Source: Auanema rhodensis (Eukaryota; Animalia; Nematoda). Taken from it: DNA of 64,000 bases. The notes under the pieces were generated by a model. The model searched no databases. It was not told the DNA's origin and was given only the letters and a program-made list of their open reading frames with translations. The stretch spans positions 20,336,001 through 20,400,000 of the forward strand of contig OZ059897.1 of the NCBI GenBank assembly GCA_964057225.1, given 5' to 3'. The translations under genes and the position numbers were made by a program. Shown piece by piece: positions 27,001 through 41,500 of this stretch (position 1 is its first letter; each line of letters opens with the position of its first letter).

Positions 27001-29392
27001 AAATAATTTAGCAAAAAGTAGATGTTTTTAGATTCCTTTTTTCAAGGCAAAGACGATGAACAATGTTATTCAACGAAAAAATTAATTCTTCAGGGTGAAA
27101 ATCGAGGATATAAGTGTGAACTTATATCAGTTGATATCTCGGTGCATTTTTAAGCTAGCGCAAATCTGATAACACAGATCGACGCAGCTTAAAAATCCGC
27201 ATCGAATGCACTATACTACATTAAGAAACGCTTAATACAAAAATTAGTTATGATCGTTTGAAAAATGATGCATTAGTGTATGTTGAGTTTCCATGTACAC
27301 TCAACATTGCTTCCAAAAACATTTTGACAAAAATTTTTTCGAAAAATTTCAAAATAATTTAGCAAAAAGTAGATGTTTTTAGATTCCTTTTTTCAAGGCA
27401 AAGACGATGAACAATGTTATTCAACGAAAAAATTAATTCTTCAGGGTGAAAATCGAGGATATAAGTGTAAACTTATATCAGTTGATATCTCGGTGCATTT
27501 TTAAGCTAGCGCAAAACTGATAACACAGATCGACGCAGCTTAAAAATCCGCATCGAATGCACTATACTACATTAAGAAACGCTTAATACAAAAATTAGTT
27601 ATGATCGTTTGAAAAATGATGCATTAGTGTATGTTGAGTTTCCATGTACACTCAACATTGCTTCCAAAAACATTTTGACAAAAATTTTTTCGAAAAATTT
27701 CAAAATAATTTAGCAAAAAGTAGATGTTTTTAGATTTCTTTTTTCAAGGCAAAGACGATGGACAATGTTATTCAACGAAAAAATTATTTCTTCAGGGTGA
27801 AAATCGAGGATATAAGTGTAAACTTATATCAGTTGATATCTCGGTGCATTTTTAAGCTAGCGCAAATCTGATAACACAGATCGACGCAGCTTAAAAATCC
27901 GCATCGAATGCACTATACTACATTGAGAAACGCTTAATACAAAAATTAGTTATGATCGTTTGAAAAATGATGCATTAGTGTATGTTGAGTTTCCATGTAC
28001 ACTCAACATTGCTTCCAAAAACATTTTGACAAAAATTTTTTCGAAAAATTTCAAAATAATTTAGCAAAAAGTAGATGTTTTTAGATTCCTTTTTTTAAGG
28101 CAAAGACGATGGACGATGTTATTCAACGAAAAAATTAATTCTTCTGGGTGAAAATCGAGGATATAAGTGTGAACTTATATCAGTTGATATCTCGGTGCAT
28201 TTTTAAGCTAGCGCAAATCTGATAACACAGATCGACGCAGCTTAAAAATCCGCATCGAATGCACTATACTACATGGAAGAACGCTTAATACAAAAATTAG
28301 TTATGATCGTTTGAAAAATGATGCATTAGTGTATGTTGAGTTTCCATGTACACTCAACATTGCTTCCAAAAACATTTTGACAAAAATTTTTTCGAAAAAT
28401 TTCAAAATAATTTAGCAAAAAGTAGATGTTTTTAGATTCCTTTTTTCAAGGCAAAGACGATGAACAATGTTATTCAACGAAAAAATTAATTCTTCAGGGT
28501 GAAAATCGAGGATATAAGTGTGAACTTATATCAGTTGATATCTCGGTGCATTTTTAAGCTAGCGCAAATCTGATAACACAGATCGACGCAGCTTAAAAAT
28601 CCGCATCGAATGCACTATACTACATTAAGAAACGCTTAATACAAAAATTAGTTATGATCGTTTGAAAAATGATGCATTAGTGTATGTTGAGTTTCCATGT
28701 ACACTCAACATTGCTTCCAAAAACATTTTGACAAAAATTTTTTCGAAAAATTTCAAAATAATTTAGCAAAAAGTAGATGTTTTTAGATTCCTTTTTTCAA
28801 GGCAAAGACGATGAACAATGTTATTCAACGAAAAAATTAATTCTTCAGGGTGAAAATCGAGGATATAAGTGTGAACTTATATCAGTTGATATCTCGGTGC
28901 ATTTTTAAGCTAGCGCAAATCTGATAACACAGATCGACGCAGCTTAAAAATCCGCATCGAATGCACTATACTACATTGAGAAACGCTTAATACAAAAATT
29001 AGTTATGATCGTTTGAAAAATGATGCATTAGTGTATGTTGAGTTTCCATGTACACTCAACATTGCTTCCAAAAACATTTTGACAAAAATTTTTTCGAAAA
29101 ATTTCAAAATAATTTAGCAAAAAGTAGATGTTTTTAGATTCCTTTTTTTAAGGCGAAGACGATGGACGATGTTATTCAACGAAAAAATTAATTCTTCAGG
29201 GTGAAAATCGAGGATATAAGTGTGAACTTATATCAGTTGATATCTCGGTGCATTTTTAAGCTAGCGCAAATCTGATAACACAGATCGACGCAGCTTAAAA
29301 ATCCGCATCGAATGCACTATACTACATGGAAGAACGCTTAATACAAAAATTAGTTATGATCGTTTGAAAAATGATGCATTAGTGTATGTTGA
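15002..29392. repeat. 15-mer block (M44-58, 15002-20266) followed by an internally expanded 26-mer copy (M59-84, 20267-29392)
   Basis: The variant order is colinear. The second copy has one extra 3-mer (22022-24127 is a 3-mer x2) and two extra 4-mers (24830-28690), giving 15+3+8=26. Confidence 0.8.
24830..28690. repeat. 4-mer higher-order repeat (1404 bp) x ~2.75: M72-75, M76-79, M80-82
   Basis: The rare A157T variant (CTTCTGGG) occurs at a 1404-bp spacing in M73, M77 and M81, and the neighbouring monomers also match. Confidence 0.88.
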
Positions 29393-32300
29393 GTTTCCAT
29401 GTACACTCAACATTGCTTCCAAAAACATTTTGACAAAAATTTTTTCGAAAAATTTCAAAATAATTTAGCGAAAAGTAGATGTTTTTAGATTCCTTTTTTC
29501 AAGGCAAAGACGATGGACAATGTTATTCAACGAAAAAATTATTTCTTCAGGGTGAAAATCGAGGATATAAGTGTGAACTTATATCAGTTGATATCTCGGT
29601 GCATTTTTAAGCTAGCGCAAATCTGATAACACAGATCGACGCAGCTTAAAAATCCGCATCGAATGCACTATACTACATTAAGAAACGCTTAATACAAAAA
29701 TTAGTTATGATCGTTTGAAAAATGATGCATTAGTGTATGTTGAGTTTCCATGTACACTCAACATTGCTTCCAAAAACATTTTGACAAAAATTTTTTCGAA
29801 AAATTTCAAAATAATTTAGCAAAAAGTAGATGTTTTTAGATTCCTTTTTTCAAGGCAAAGACGATGGACAATGTTATTTAACGAAAAAATTAATTCTTCA
29901 GGGTGAAAATCGAGGATAAAAGTGTAAACTTATATCAGTTGATATCTCGGTACATTTTTAAGCTAGCGCAAATCTGATAACACAGATCGACGCAGCTTAA
30001 AAATCCGCATCGAATGCACTATACTACATTAAGAAACGCTTAATACAAAAATTAGTTATGATCGTTTGAAAAATGATGCATTAGTGTATGTTGAGTTTCC
30101 ATGTACACTCAACATTGCTTCCAAAAACATTTTGACAAAAATTTTTTCGAAAAATTTCAGAATAATTTAGCAAAAAGTAGATGTTTTTAGATTCCTTTTT
30201 TCAAGGCAAAGACGATGAACAATGTTATTCAACGAAAAAATTAATTCTTCAGGGTGAAAATCGAGGATATAAGTGTGAACTTATATCAGTTGATATCTCG
30301 GTGCATTTTTAAGCTAGCGCAAATCTGATAACACAGATCGACGCAGCTTAAAAATCCGCATCGAATGCACTATACTACATTAAGAAACGCTTAATACAAA
30401 AATTAGTTATGATCGTTTGAAAAATGATGCATTAGTGTATGTTGAGTTTCCATGTACACTCAACATTGCTTCCAAAAACATTTTGACAAAAATTTTTTCG
30501 AAAAATTTCAAAATAATTTAGCAAAAAGTAGATGTTTTTAGATTCCTTTTTTCAAGGCAAAGACGATGAACAATGTTATTCAACGAAAAAATTAATTCTT
30601 CAGGGTGAAAATCGAGGATATAAGTGTGAACTTATATCAGTTGATATCTCGGTGCATTTTTAAGCTAGCGCAAATCTGATAACACAGATCGACGCAGCTT
30701 GAAAATCCGCATCGAATGCACTATACTACATTGAGAAACGCTTAATACAAAAATTAGTTATGATCGTTTGAAAAATGATGCATTAGTGTATGTTGAGTTT
30801 CCATGTACACTCAACATTGCTTCCAAAAACATTTTGACAAAAATTTTTTCGAAAAATTTCAAAATAATTTAGCAAAAAGTAGATGTTTTTAGATTCCTTT
30901 TTTTAAGGCGAAGACGATGGACGATGTTATTCAACGAAAAAATTAATTCTTCAGGGTGAAAATCGAGGATATAAGTGTGAACTTATATCAGTTGATATCT
31001 CGGTGCATTTTTAAGCTAGCGCAAATCTGATAACACAGATCGACGCAGCTTAAAAATCCGCATCGAATGCACTATACTACATGGAAGAACGCTTAATACA
31101 AAAATTAGTTATGATCGTTTGAAAAATGATGCATTAGTGTATGTTGAGTTTCCATGTACACTCAACATTGCTTCCAAAAACATTTTGACAAAAATTTTTT
31201 CGAAAAATTTCAAAATAATTTAGCGAAAAGTAGATGTTTTTAGATTCCTTTTTTCAAGGCAAAGACGATGGACAATGTTATTCAACGAAAAAATTATTTC
31301 TTCAGGGTGAAAATCGAGGATATAAGTGTGAACTTATATCAGTTGATATCTCGGTGCATTTTTAAGCTAGCGCAAATCTGATAACACAGATCGACGCACC
31401 TTAAAAATCCGCATCGAATGCACTATACTACATTAAGAAACGCTTAATACAAAAATTAGTTATGATCGTTTGAAAAATGATGCATTAGTGTATGTTGAGT
31501 TTCCATGTACACTCAACATTGCTTCCAAAAACATTTTGACAAAAATTTTTTCGAAAAATTTCAAAATAATTTAGCAAAAAGTAGATGTTTTTAGATTCCT
31601 TTTTTCAAGGCAAAGACGATGGACAATGTTATTTAACGAAAAAATTAATTCTTCAGGGTGAAAATCGAGGATAAAAGTGTAAACTTATATCAGTTGATAT
31701 CTCGGTACATTTTTAAGCTAGCGCAAATCTGATAACACAGATCGACGCAGCTTAAAAATCCGCATCGAATGCACTATACTACATTAAGAAACGCTTAATA
31801 CAAAAATTAGTTATGATCGTTTGAAAAATGATGCATTAGTGTATGTTGAGTTTCCATGTACACTCAACATTGCTTCCAAAAACATTTTGACAAAAATTTT
31901 TTCGAAAAATTTCAAAATAATTTAGCAAAAAGTAGATGTTTTTAGATTCCTTTTTTCAAGGCAAAGACGATGGACAATGTTATTCAACGAAAAAATTATT
32001 TCTTCAGGGTGAAAATCGAGGATATAAGTGTGAACTTATATCAGTTGATATCTCGGTGCATTTTTAAGCTAGCGCAAATCTGATAACACAGATCGACGCA
32101 GCTTAAAAATCCGCATCGAATGCACTATACTACATTAAGAAACGCTTAATACAAAAATTAGTTATGATCGTTTGAAAAATGATGCATTAGTGTATGTTGA
32201 GTTTCCATGTACACTCAACATTGCTTCCAAAAACATTTTGACAAAAATTTTTTCGAAAAATTTCAAAATAATTTAGCAAAAAGTAGATGTTTTTAGATTC

Positions 32301-32551
32301 CTTTTTTCAAGGCAAAGACGATGGACAATGTTATTCAACGAAAAAATTATTTCTTCAGGGTGAAAATCGAGGATATAAGTGTGAACTTATATCAGTTGAT
32401 ATCTCGGTGCATTTTTAAGCTAGCGCAAATCTGATAACACAGATCGACGCAGCTTAAAAATCCGCATCGAATGCACTATACTACATTAAGAAACGCTTAA
32501 TACAAAAATTAGTTATGATCGTTTGAAAAATGATGCATTAGTGTATGTTGA

Positions 32552-35500
32552 GTTTCCATGTACACTCAACATTGCTTCCAAAAACATTTTGACAAAAATT
32601 TTTTCGAAAAATTTCAAAATAATTTAGCAAAAAGTAGATGTTTTTAGATTCCTTTTTTCAAGGCAAAGACGATGGACAATGTTATTTAACGAAAAAATTA
32701 ATTCTTCAGGGTGAAAATCGAGGATAAAAGTGTAAACTTATATCAGTTGATATCTCGGTACATTTTTAAGCTAGCGCAAATCTGATAACACAGATCGACG
32801 CAGCTTAAAAATCCGCATCGAATGCACTATACTACATTAAGAAACGCTTAATACAAAAATTAGTTATGATCGTTTGAAAAATGATGCATTAGTGTATGTT
32901 GAGTTTCCATGTACACTCAACATTGCTTCCAAAAACATTTTGACAAAAATTTTTTCGAAAAATTTCAAAATAATTTAGCAAAAAGTAGATGTTTTTAGAT
33001 TCCTTTTTTCAAGGCAAAGACGATGGACAATGTTATTCAACGAAAAAATTAATTCTTCAGGGTGAAAATCGAGGATATAAGTGTGAACTTATATCAGTTG
33101 ATATCTCGGTACATTTTTAAGCTAGCGCAAATCTGATAACACAGATCGACGCAGCTTAAAAATCCGCATCGAATGCACTATACTACATGGAAGAACGCTT
33201 AATACAGAAATTAGTTATGATCGTTTGAAAAATGATGCATTAGTGTATGTTGAGTTTCCATGTACACTCAACATTGCTTCCAAAAACATTTTGACAAAAA
33301 TTTTTTCGAAAAATTTCAGAATAATTTAGCAAAAAGTAGATGTTTTTAGATTCCTTTTTTCAAGGCAAAGACGATGGACAATGTTATTTAACGAAAAAAT
33401 TAATTCTTCAGGGTGAAAATCGAGGATAAAAGTGTAAACTTATATCAGTTGATATCTCGGTACATTTTTAAGCTAGCGCAAATCTGATAACACAGATCGA
33501 CGCAGCTTAAAAATCCGCATCGAATGCACTATACTACATTGAGAAACGCTTAATACAAAAATTAGTTATGATCGTTTGAAAAATGATGCATTAGTGTATG
33601 TTGAGTTTCCATGTACACTCAACATTGCTTCCAAAAACATTTTGACAAAAATTTTTTCGAAAAATTTCAAAATAATTTAGCAAAAAGTAGATGTTTTTAG
33701 ATTCCTTTTTTCAAGGCAAAGACGATGGACAATGTTATTCAACGAAAAAATTAATTCTTCAGGGTGAAAATCGAGGATATAAGTGTGAACTTATATCAGT
33801 TGATATCTCGGTGCATTTTTAAGCTAGCGCAAATCTGATAACACAGATCGACGCAGCTTAAAAATCCGCATCGAATGCACTATACTACATTGAGAAACGC
33901 TTAATACAAAAATTAGTTATGATCGTTTGAAAAATGATGCATTAGTGTATGTTGAGTTTCCATGTACACTCAACATTGCTTCCAAAAACATTTTGACAAA
34001 AATTTTTTCGAAAAATTTCAAAATAATTTAGCAAAAAGTAGATGTTTTTAGATTCCTTTTTTTAAGGCGAAGACGATGGACGATGTTATTCAACGAAAAA
34101 ATTAATTCTTCAGGGTGAAAATCGAGGATATAAGTGTGAACTTATATCAGTTGATATCTCGGTGCATTTTTAAGCTAGCGCAAATCTGATAACACAGATC
34201 GACGCAGCTTAAAAATCCGCATCGAATGCACTATACTACATGGAAGAACGCTTAATACAAAAATTAGTTATGATCGTTTGAAAAATGATGCATTAGTGTA
34301 TGTTGAGTTTCCATGTACACTCAACATTGCTTCCAAAAACATTTTGACAAAAATTTTTTCGAAAAATTTCAAAATAATTTAGCGAAAAGTAGATGTTTTT
34401 AGATTCCTTTTTTCAAGGCAAAGACGATGGACAATGTTATTCAACGAAAAAATTATTTCTTCAGGGTGAAAATCGAGGATATAAGTGTGAACATATATCA
34501 GTTGATATCTCGGTGCATTTTTAAGCTAGCGCAAATCTGATAACACAGATCGACGCAGCTTAAAAATCCGCATCGAATGCACTATACTACATTAAGAAAC
34601 GCTTAATACAAAAATTAGTTATGATCGTTTGAAAAATGATGCATTAGTGTATGTTGAGTTTCCATGTACACTCAACATTGCTTCCAAAAACATTTTGACA
34701 AAAATTTTTTCGAAAAATTTCAAAATAATTTAGCAAAAAGTAGATGTTTTTAGATTCCTTTTTTTAAGGCAAAGACGATGGACGATGTTATTCAACGAAA
34801 AAATTAATTCTTCAGGGTGAAAATCGAGGATATAAGTGTGAACTTATATCAGTTGATATCTCGGTGCATTTTTAAGCTAGCGCAAATCTGATAACACAGA
34901 TCGACGCAGCTTAAAAATCCGCATCGAATGCACTATACTACATTGAGAAACGCTTAATACAAAAATTAGTTATGATCGTTTGAAAAATGATGCATTAGTG
35001 TATGTTGAGTTTCCATGTACACTCAACATTGCTTCCAAAAACATTTTGACAAAAATTTTTTCGAAAAATTTCAAAATAATTTAGCAAAAAGTAGATGTTT
35101 TTAGATTCCTTTTTTTAAGGCGAAGACGATGGACGATGTTATTCAACGAAAAAATTAATTCTTCAGGGTGAAAATCGAGGATATAAGTGTGAACTTATAT
35201 CAGTTGATATCTCGGTGCATTTTTAAGCTAGCGCAAATCTGATAACACAGATCGACGCAGCTTAAAAATCCGCATCGAATGCACTATACTACATTAAGAA
35301 ACGCTTAATACAAAAATTAGTTATGATCGTTTGAAAAATGATGCATTAGTGTATGTTGAGTTTCCATGTACACTCAACATTGCTTCCAAAAACATTTTGA
35401 CAAAAATTTTTTCGAAAAATTTCAAAATAATTTAGCAAAAAGTAGATGTTTTTAGATTCCTTTTTTTAAGGCAAAGACGATGGACGATGTTATTCAACGA

Positions 35501-38500
35501 AAAAATTAATTCTTCAGGGTGAAAATCGAGGATATAAGTGTGAACTTATATCAGTTGATATCTCGGTGCATTTTTAAGCTAGCGCAAATCTGATAACACA
35601 GATCGACGCAGCTTAAAAATCCGCATCGAATGCACTATACTACATTGAGAAACGCTTAATACAAAAATTAGTTATGATCGTTTGAAAAATGATGCATTAG
35701 TGTATGTTGAGTTTCCATGTACACTCAACATTGCTTCCAAAAACATTTTGACAAAAATTTTTTCGAAAAATTTCAAAATAATTTAGCAAAAAGTAGATGT
35801 TTTTAGATTCCTTTTTTTAAGGCGAAGACGATGGACGATGTTATTCAACGAAAAAATTAATTCTTCAGGGTGAAAATCGAGGATATAAGTGTGAACTTAT
35901 ATCAGTTGATATCTCGGTGCATTTTTAAGCTAGCGCAAATCTGATAACACAGATCGACGCAGCTTAAAAATCCGCATCGAATGCACTATACTACATGGAA
36001 GAACGCTTAATACAAAAATTAGTTATGATCGTTTGAAAAATGATGCATTAGTGTATGTTGAGTTTCCATGTACACTCAACATTGCTTCCAAAAACATTTT
36101 GACAAAAATTTTTTCGAAAAATTTCAAAATAATTTAGCGAAAAGTAGATGTTTTTAGATTCCTTTTTTCAAGGCAAAGACGATGGACAATGTTATTCAAC
36201 GAAAAAATTATTTCTTCAGGGTGAAAATCGAGGATATAAGTGTGAACTTATATCAGTTGATATCTCGGTGCATTTTTAAGCTAGCGCAAATCTGATAACA
36301 CAGATCGACGCAGCTTAAAAATCCGCATCGAATGCACTATACTACATTAAGAAACGCTTAATACAAAAATTAGTTATGATCGTTTGAAAAATGATGCATT
36401 AGTGTATGTTGAGTTTCCATGTACACTCAACATTGCTTCCAAAAACATTTTGACAAAAATTTTTTCGAAAAATTTCAAAATAATTTAGCAAAAAGTAGAT
36501 GTTTTTAGATTCCTTTTTTCAAGGCAAAGACGATGGACAATGTTATTCAACGAAAAAATTAATTCTTCAGGGTGAAAATCGAGGATATAAGTGTGAACTT
36601 ATATCAGTTGATATCTCGGTACATTTTTAAGCTAGCGCAAATCTGATAACACAGATCGACGCAGCTTAAAAATCCGCATCGAATGCACTATACTACATGG
36701 AAGAACGCTTAATACAGAAATTAGTTATGATCGTTTGAAAAATGATGCATTAGTGTATGTTGAGTTTCCATGTACACTCAACATTGCTTCCAAAAACATT
36801 TTGACAAAAATTTTTTCGAAAAATTTCAGAATAATTTAGCAAAAAGTAGATGTTTTTAGATTCCTTTTTTCAAGGCAAAGACGATGGACAATGTTATTTA
36901 ACGAAAAAATTAATTCTTCAGGGTGAAAATCGAGGATAAAAGTGTAAACTTATATCAGTTGATATCTCGGTACATTTTTAAGCTAGCGCAAATCTGATAA
37001 CACAGATCGACGCAGCTTAAAAATCCGCATCGAATGCACTATACTACATTGAGAAACGCTTAATACAAAAATTAGTTATGATCGTTTGAAAAATGATGCA
37101 TTAGTGTATGTTGAGTTTCCATGTACACTCAACATTGCTTCCAAAAACATTTTGACAAAAATTTTTTCGAAAAATTTCAAAATAATTTAGCAAAAAGTAG
37201 ATGTTTTTAGATTCCTTTTTTCAAGGCAAAGACGATGGACAATGTTATTCAACGAAAAAATTAATTCTTCAGGGTGAAAATCGAGGATATAAGTGTGAAC
37301 TTATATCAGTTGATATCTCGGTGCATTTTTAAGCTAGCGCAAATCTGATAACACAGATCGACGCAGCTTAAAAATCCGCATCGAATGCACTATACTACAT
37401 TGAGAAACGCTTAATACAAAAATTAGTTATGATCGTTTGAAAAATGATGCATTAGTGTATGTTGAGTTTCCATGTACACTCAACATTGCTTCCAAAAACA
37501 TTTTGACAAAAATTTTTTCGAAAAATTTCAAAATAATTTAGCAAAAAGTAGATGTTTTTAGATTCCTTTTTTTAAGGCGAAGACGATGGACGATGTTATT
37601 CAACGAAAAAATTAATTCTTCAGGGTGAAAATCGAGGATATAAGTGTGAACTTATATCAGTTGATATCTCGGTGCAATTTTAAGCTAGCGCAAATCTGAT
37701 AACACAGATCGACGCAGCTTAAAAATCCGCATCGAATGCACTATACTACATGGAAGAACGCTTAATACAAAAATTAGTTATGATCGTTTGAAAAATGATG
37801 CATTAGTGTATGTTGAGTTTCCATGTACACTCAACATTGCTTCCAAAAAGATTTTGACAAAAATTTTTTCGAAAAATTTCAAAATAATTTAGCGAAAAGT
37901 AGATGTTTTTAGATTCCTTTTTTCAAGGCAAAGACGATGGACAATGTTATTCAACGAAAAAATTATTTCTTCAGGGTGAAAATCGAGGATATAAGTGTGA
38001 ACTTATATCAGTTGATATCTCGGTGCATTTTTAAGCTAGCGCAAATCTGATAACACAGATCGACGCAGCTTAAAAATCCGCATCGAATGCACTATACTAC
38101 ATTAAGAAACGCTTAATACAAAAATTAGTTATGATCGTTTGAAAAATGATGCATTAGTGTATGTTGAGTTTCCATGTACACTCAACATTGCTTCCAAAAA
38201 CATTTTGACAAAACTTTTTTCGAAAAATTTCAAAATAATTTAGCAAAAAGTAGATGTTTTTAGATTCCTTTTTTTAAGGCGAAGACGATGGACGATGTTA
38301 TTCAACGAAAAAATTAATTCTTCAGGGTGAAAATCGAGGATATAAGTGTGAACTTATATCAGTTGATATCTCGGTGCATTTTTAAGCTAGCGCAAATCTG
38401 ATAACACAGATCGACGCAGCTTAAAAATCCGCATCGAATGCACTATACTACATGGAAGAACGCTTAATACAAAAATTAGTTATGATCGTTTGAAAAATGA

Positions 38501-41500
38501 TGCATTAGTGTATGTTGAGTTTCCATGTACACTCAACATTGCTTCCAAAAAGATTTTGACAAAAATTTTTTCGAAAAATTTCAAAATAATTTAGCGAAAA
38601 GTAGATGTTTTTAGATTCCTTTTTTCAAGGCAAAGACGATGGACAATGTTATTCAACGAAAAAATTATTTCTTCAGGGTGAAAATCGAGGATATAAGTGT
38701 GAACTTATATCAGTTGATATCTCGGTGCATTTTTAAGCTAGCGCAAATCTGATAACACAGATCGACGCAGCTTAAAAATCCGCATCGAATGCACTATACT
38801 ACATTAAGAAACGCTTAATACAAAAATTAGTTATGATCGTTTGAAAAATGATGCATTAGTGTATGTTGAGTTTCCATGTACACTCAACATTGCTTCCAAA
38901 AACATTTTGACAAAACTTTTTTCGAAAAATTTCAAAATAATTTAGCAAAAAGTAGATGTTTTTAGATTCCTTTTTTCAAGGCAAAGACGATGGACAATGT
39001 TATTTAACGAAAAAATTAATTCTTCAGGGTGAAAATCGAGGATAAAAGTGTAAACTTATATCAGTTGATATCTCGGTACATTTTTAAGCTAGCGCAAATC
39101 TGATAACACAGATCGACGCAGCTTAAAAATCCGCATCGAATGCACTATACTACATGGAAGAACGCTTAATACAAAAATTAGTTATGATCGTTTGAAAAAT
39201 GATGCATTAGTGTATGTTGAGTTTCCATGTACACTCAACATTGCTTCCAAAAACATTTTGACAAAAATTTTTTCGAAAAATTTCAAAATAATTTAGCAAA
39301 AAGTAGATGTTTTTAGATTTCTTTTTTCAAGGCAAAGACGATGGACAATGTTATTCAACGAAAAAATTAATTCTTCAGGGTGAAAATCGAGGATATAAGT
39401 GTGAACTTATATCAGTTGATATCTCGGTGCATTTTTAAGCTAGCGCAAATCTGATAACACAGATCGACGCAGCTTAAAAATCCGCATCGAATGCACTATA
39501 CTACATGGAAGAACGCTTAATACAAAAATTAGTTATGATCGTTTGAAAAATGATGCATTAGTGTATGTTGAGTTTCCATGTACACTCAACATTGCTTCCA
39601 AAAACATTTTGACAAAAATTTTTTCGAAAAATTTCAAAATAATTTAGCAAAAAGTAGATGTTTTTAGATTCCTTTTTTCAAGGCAAAGACGATGGACAAT
39701 GTTATTTAACGAAAAAATTATTTCTTCAGGGTGAAAATCGAGGATATAAGTGTAAACTTATATCAGTTGATATCTCGGTGCATTTTTAAGCTAGCGCAAA
39801 TCTGATAACACAGATCGACGCAGCTTAAAAATCCGCATCGAATGCACTATACTACATTAAGAAACGCTTAATACAAAAATTAGTTATGATCGTTTGAAAA
39901 ATGATGCATTAGTGTATGTTGAGTTTCCATGTACACTCAACATTGCTTCCAAAAACATTTTGACAAAAATTTTTTCGAAAAATTTCAAAATAATTTAGCA
40001 AAAAGTAGATGTTTTTAGATTCCTTTTTTCAAGGCAAAGACGATGAACAATGTTATTCAACGAAAAAATTAATTCTTCAGGGTGAAAATCGAGGATATAA
40101 GTGTGAACTTATATCAGTTGATATCTCGGTGCATTTTTAAGCTAGCGCAAATCTGATAACACAGATCGACGCAGCTTAAAAATCCGCATCGAATGCACTA
40201 TACTACATTGAGAAACGCTTAATACAAAAATTAGTTATGATCGTTTGAAAAATGATGCATTAGTGTATGTTGAGTTTCCATGTACACTCAACATTGCTTC
40301 CAAAAACATTTTGACAAAAATTTTTTCGAAAAATTTCAAAATAATTTAGCAAAAAGTAGATGTTTTTAGATTCCTTTTTTTAAGGCGAAGACGATGGACG
40401 ATGTTATTCAACGAAAAAATTAATTCTTCAGGGTGAAAATCGAGGATATAAGTGTGAACTTATATCAGTTGATATCTCGGTGCATTTTTAAGCTAGCGCA
40501 AATCTGATAACACAGATCGACGCAGCTTAAAAATCCGCATCGAATGCACTATACTACATGGAAGAACGCTTAATACAAAAATTAGTTATGATCGTTTGAA
40601 AAATGATGCATTAGTGTATGTTGAGTTTCCATGTACACTCAACATTGCTTCCAAAAACATTTTGACAAAAATTTTTTCGAAAAATTTCAAAATAATTTAG
40701 CGAAAAGTAGATGTTTTTAGATTCCTTTTTTCAAGGCAAAGACGATGGACGATGTTATTCAACGAAAAAATTAATTCTTCAGGGTGAAAATCGAGGATAT
40801 AAGTGTGAACTTATATCAGTTGATATCTCGGTGCATTTTTAAGCTAGCGCAAATCTGATAACACAGATCGACGCAGCTTAAAAATCCGCATCGAATGCAC
40901 TATACTACATGGAAGAACGCTTAATACAAAAATTAGTTATGATCGTTTGAAAAATGATGCATTAGTGTATGTTGAGTTTCCATGTACACTCAACATTGCT
41001 TCCAAAAACATTTTGACAAAAATTTTTTCGAAAAATTTCAAAATAATTTAGCGAAAAGTAGATGTTTTTAGATTCCTTTTTTCAAGGCAAAGACGATGGA
41101 CAATGTTATTTAACGAAAAAATTAATTCTTCAGGGTGAAAATCGAGGATAAAAGTGTAAACTTATATCAGTTGATATCTCGGTACATTTTTAAGCTAGCG
41201 CAAATCTGATAACACAGATCGACGCAGCTTAAAAATCCGCATCGAATGCACTATACTACATTAAGAAACGCTTAATACAAAAATTAGTTATGATCGTTTG
41301 AAAAATGATGCATTAGTGTATGTTGAGTTTCCATGTACACTCAACATTGCTTCCAAAAACATTTTGACAAAAATTTTTTCGAAAAATTTCAAAATAATTT
41401 AGCAAAAAGTAGATGTTTTTAGATTCCTTTTTTCAAGGCAAAGACGATGGACAATGTTATTCAACGAAAAAATTAATTCTTCAGGGTGAAAATCGAGGAT

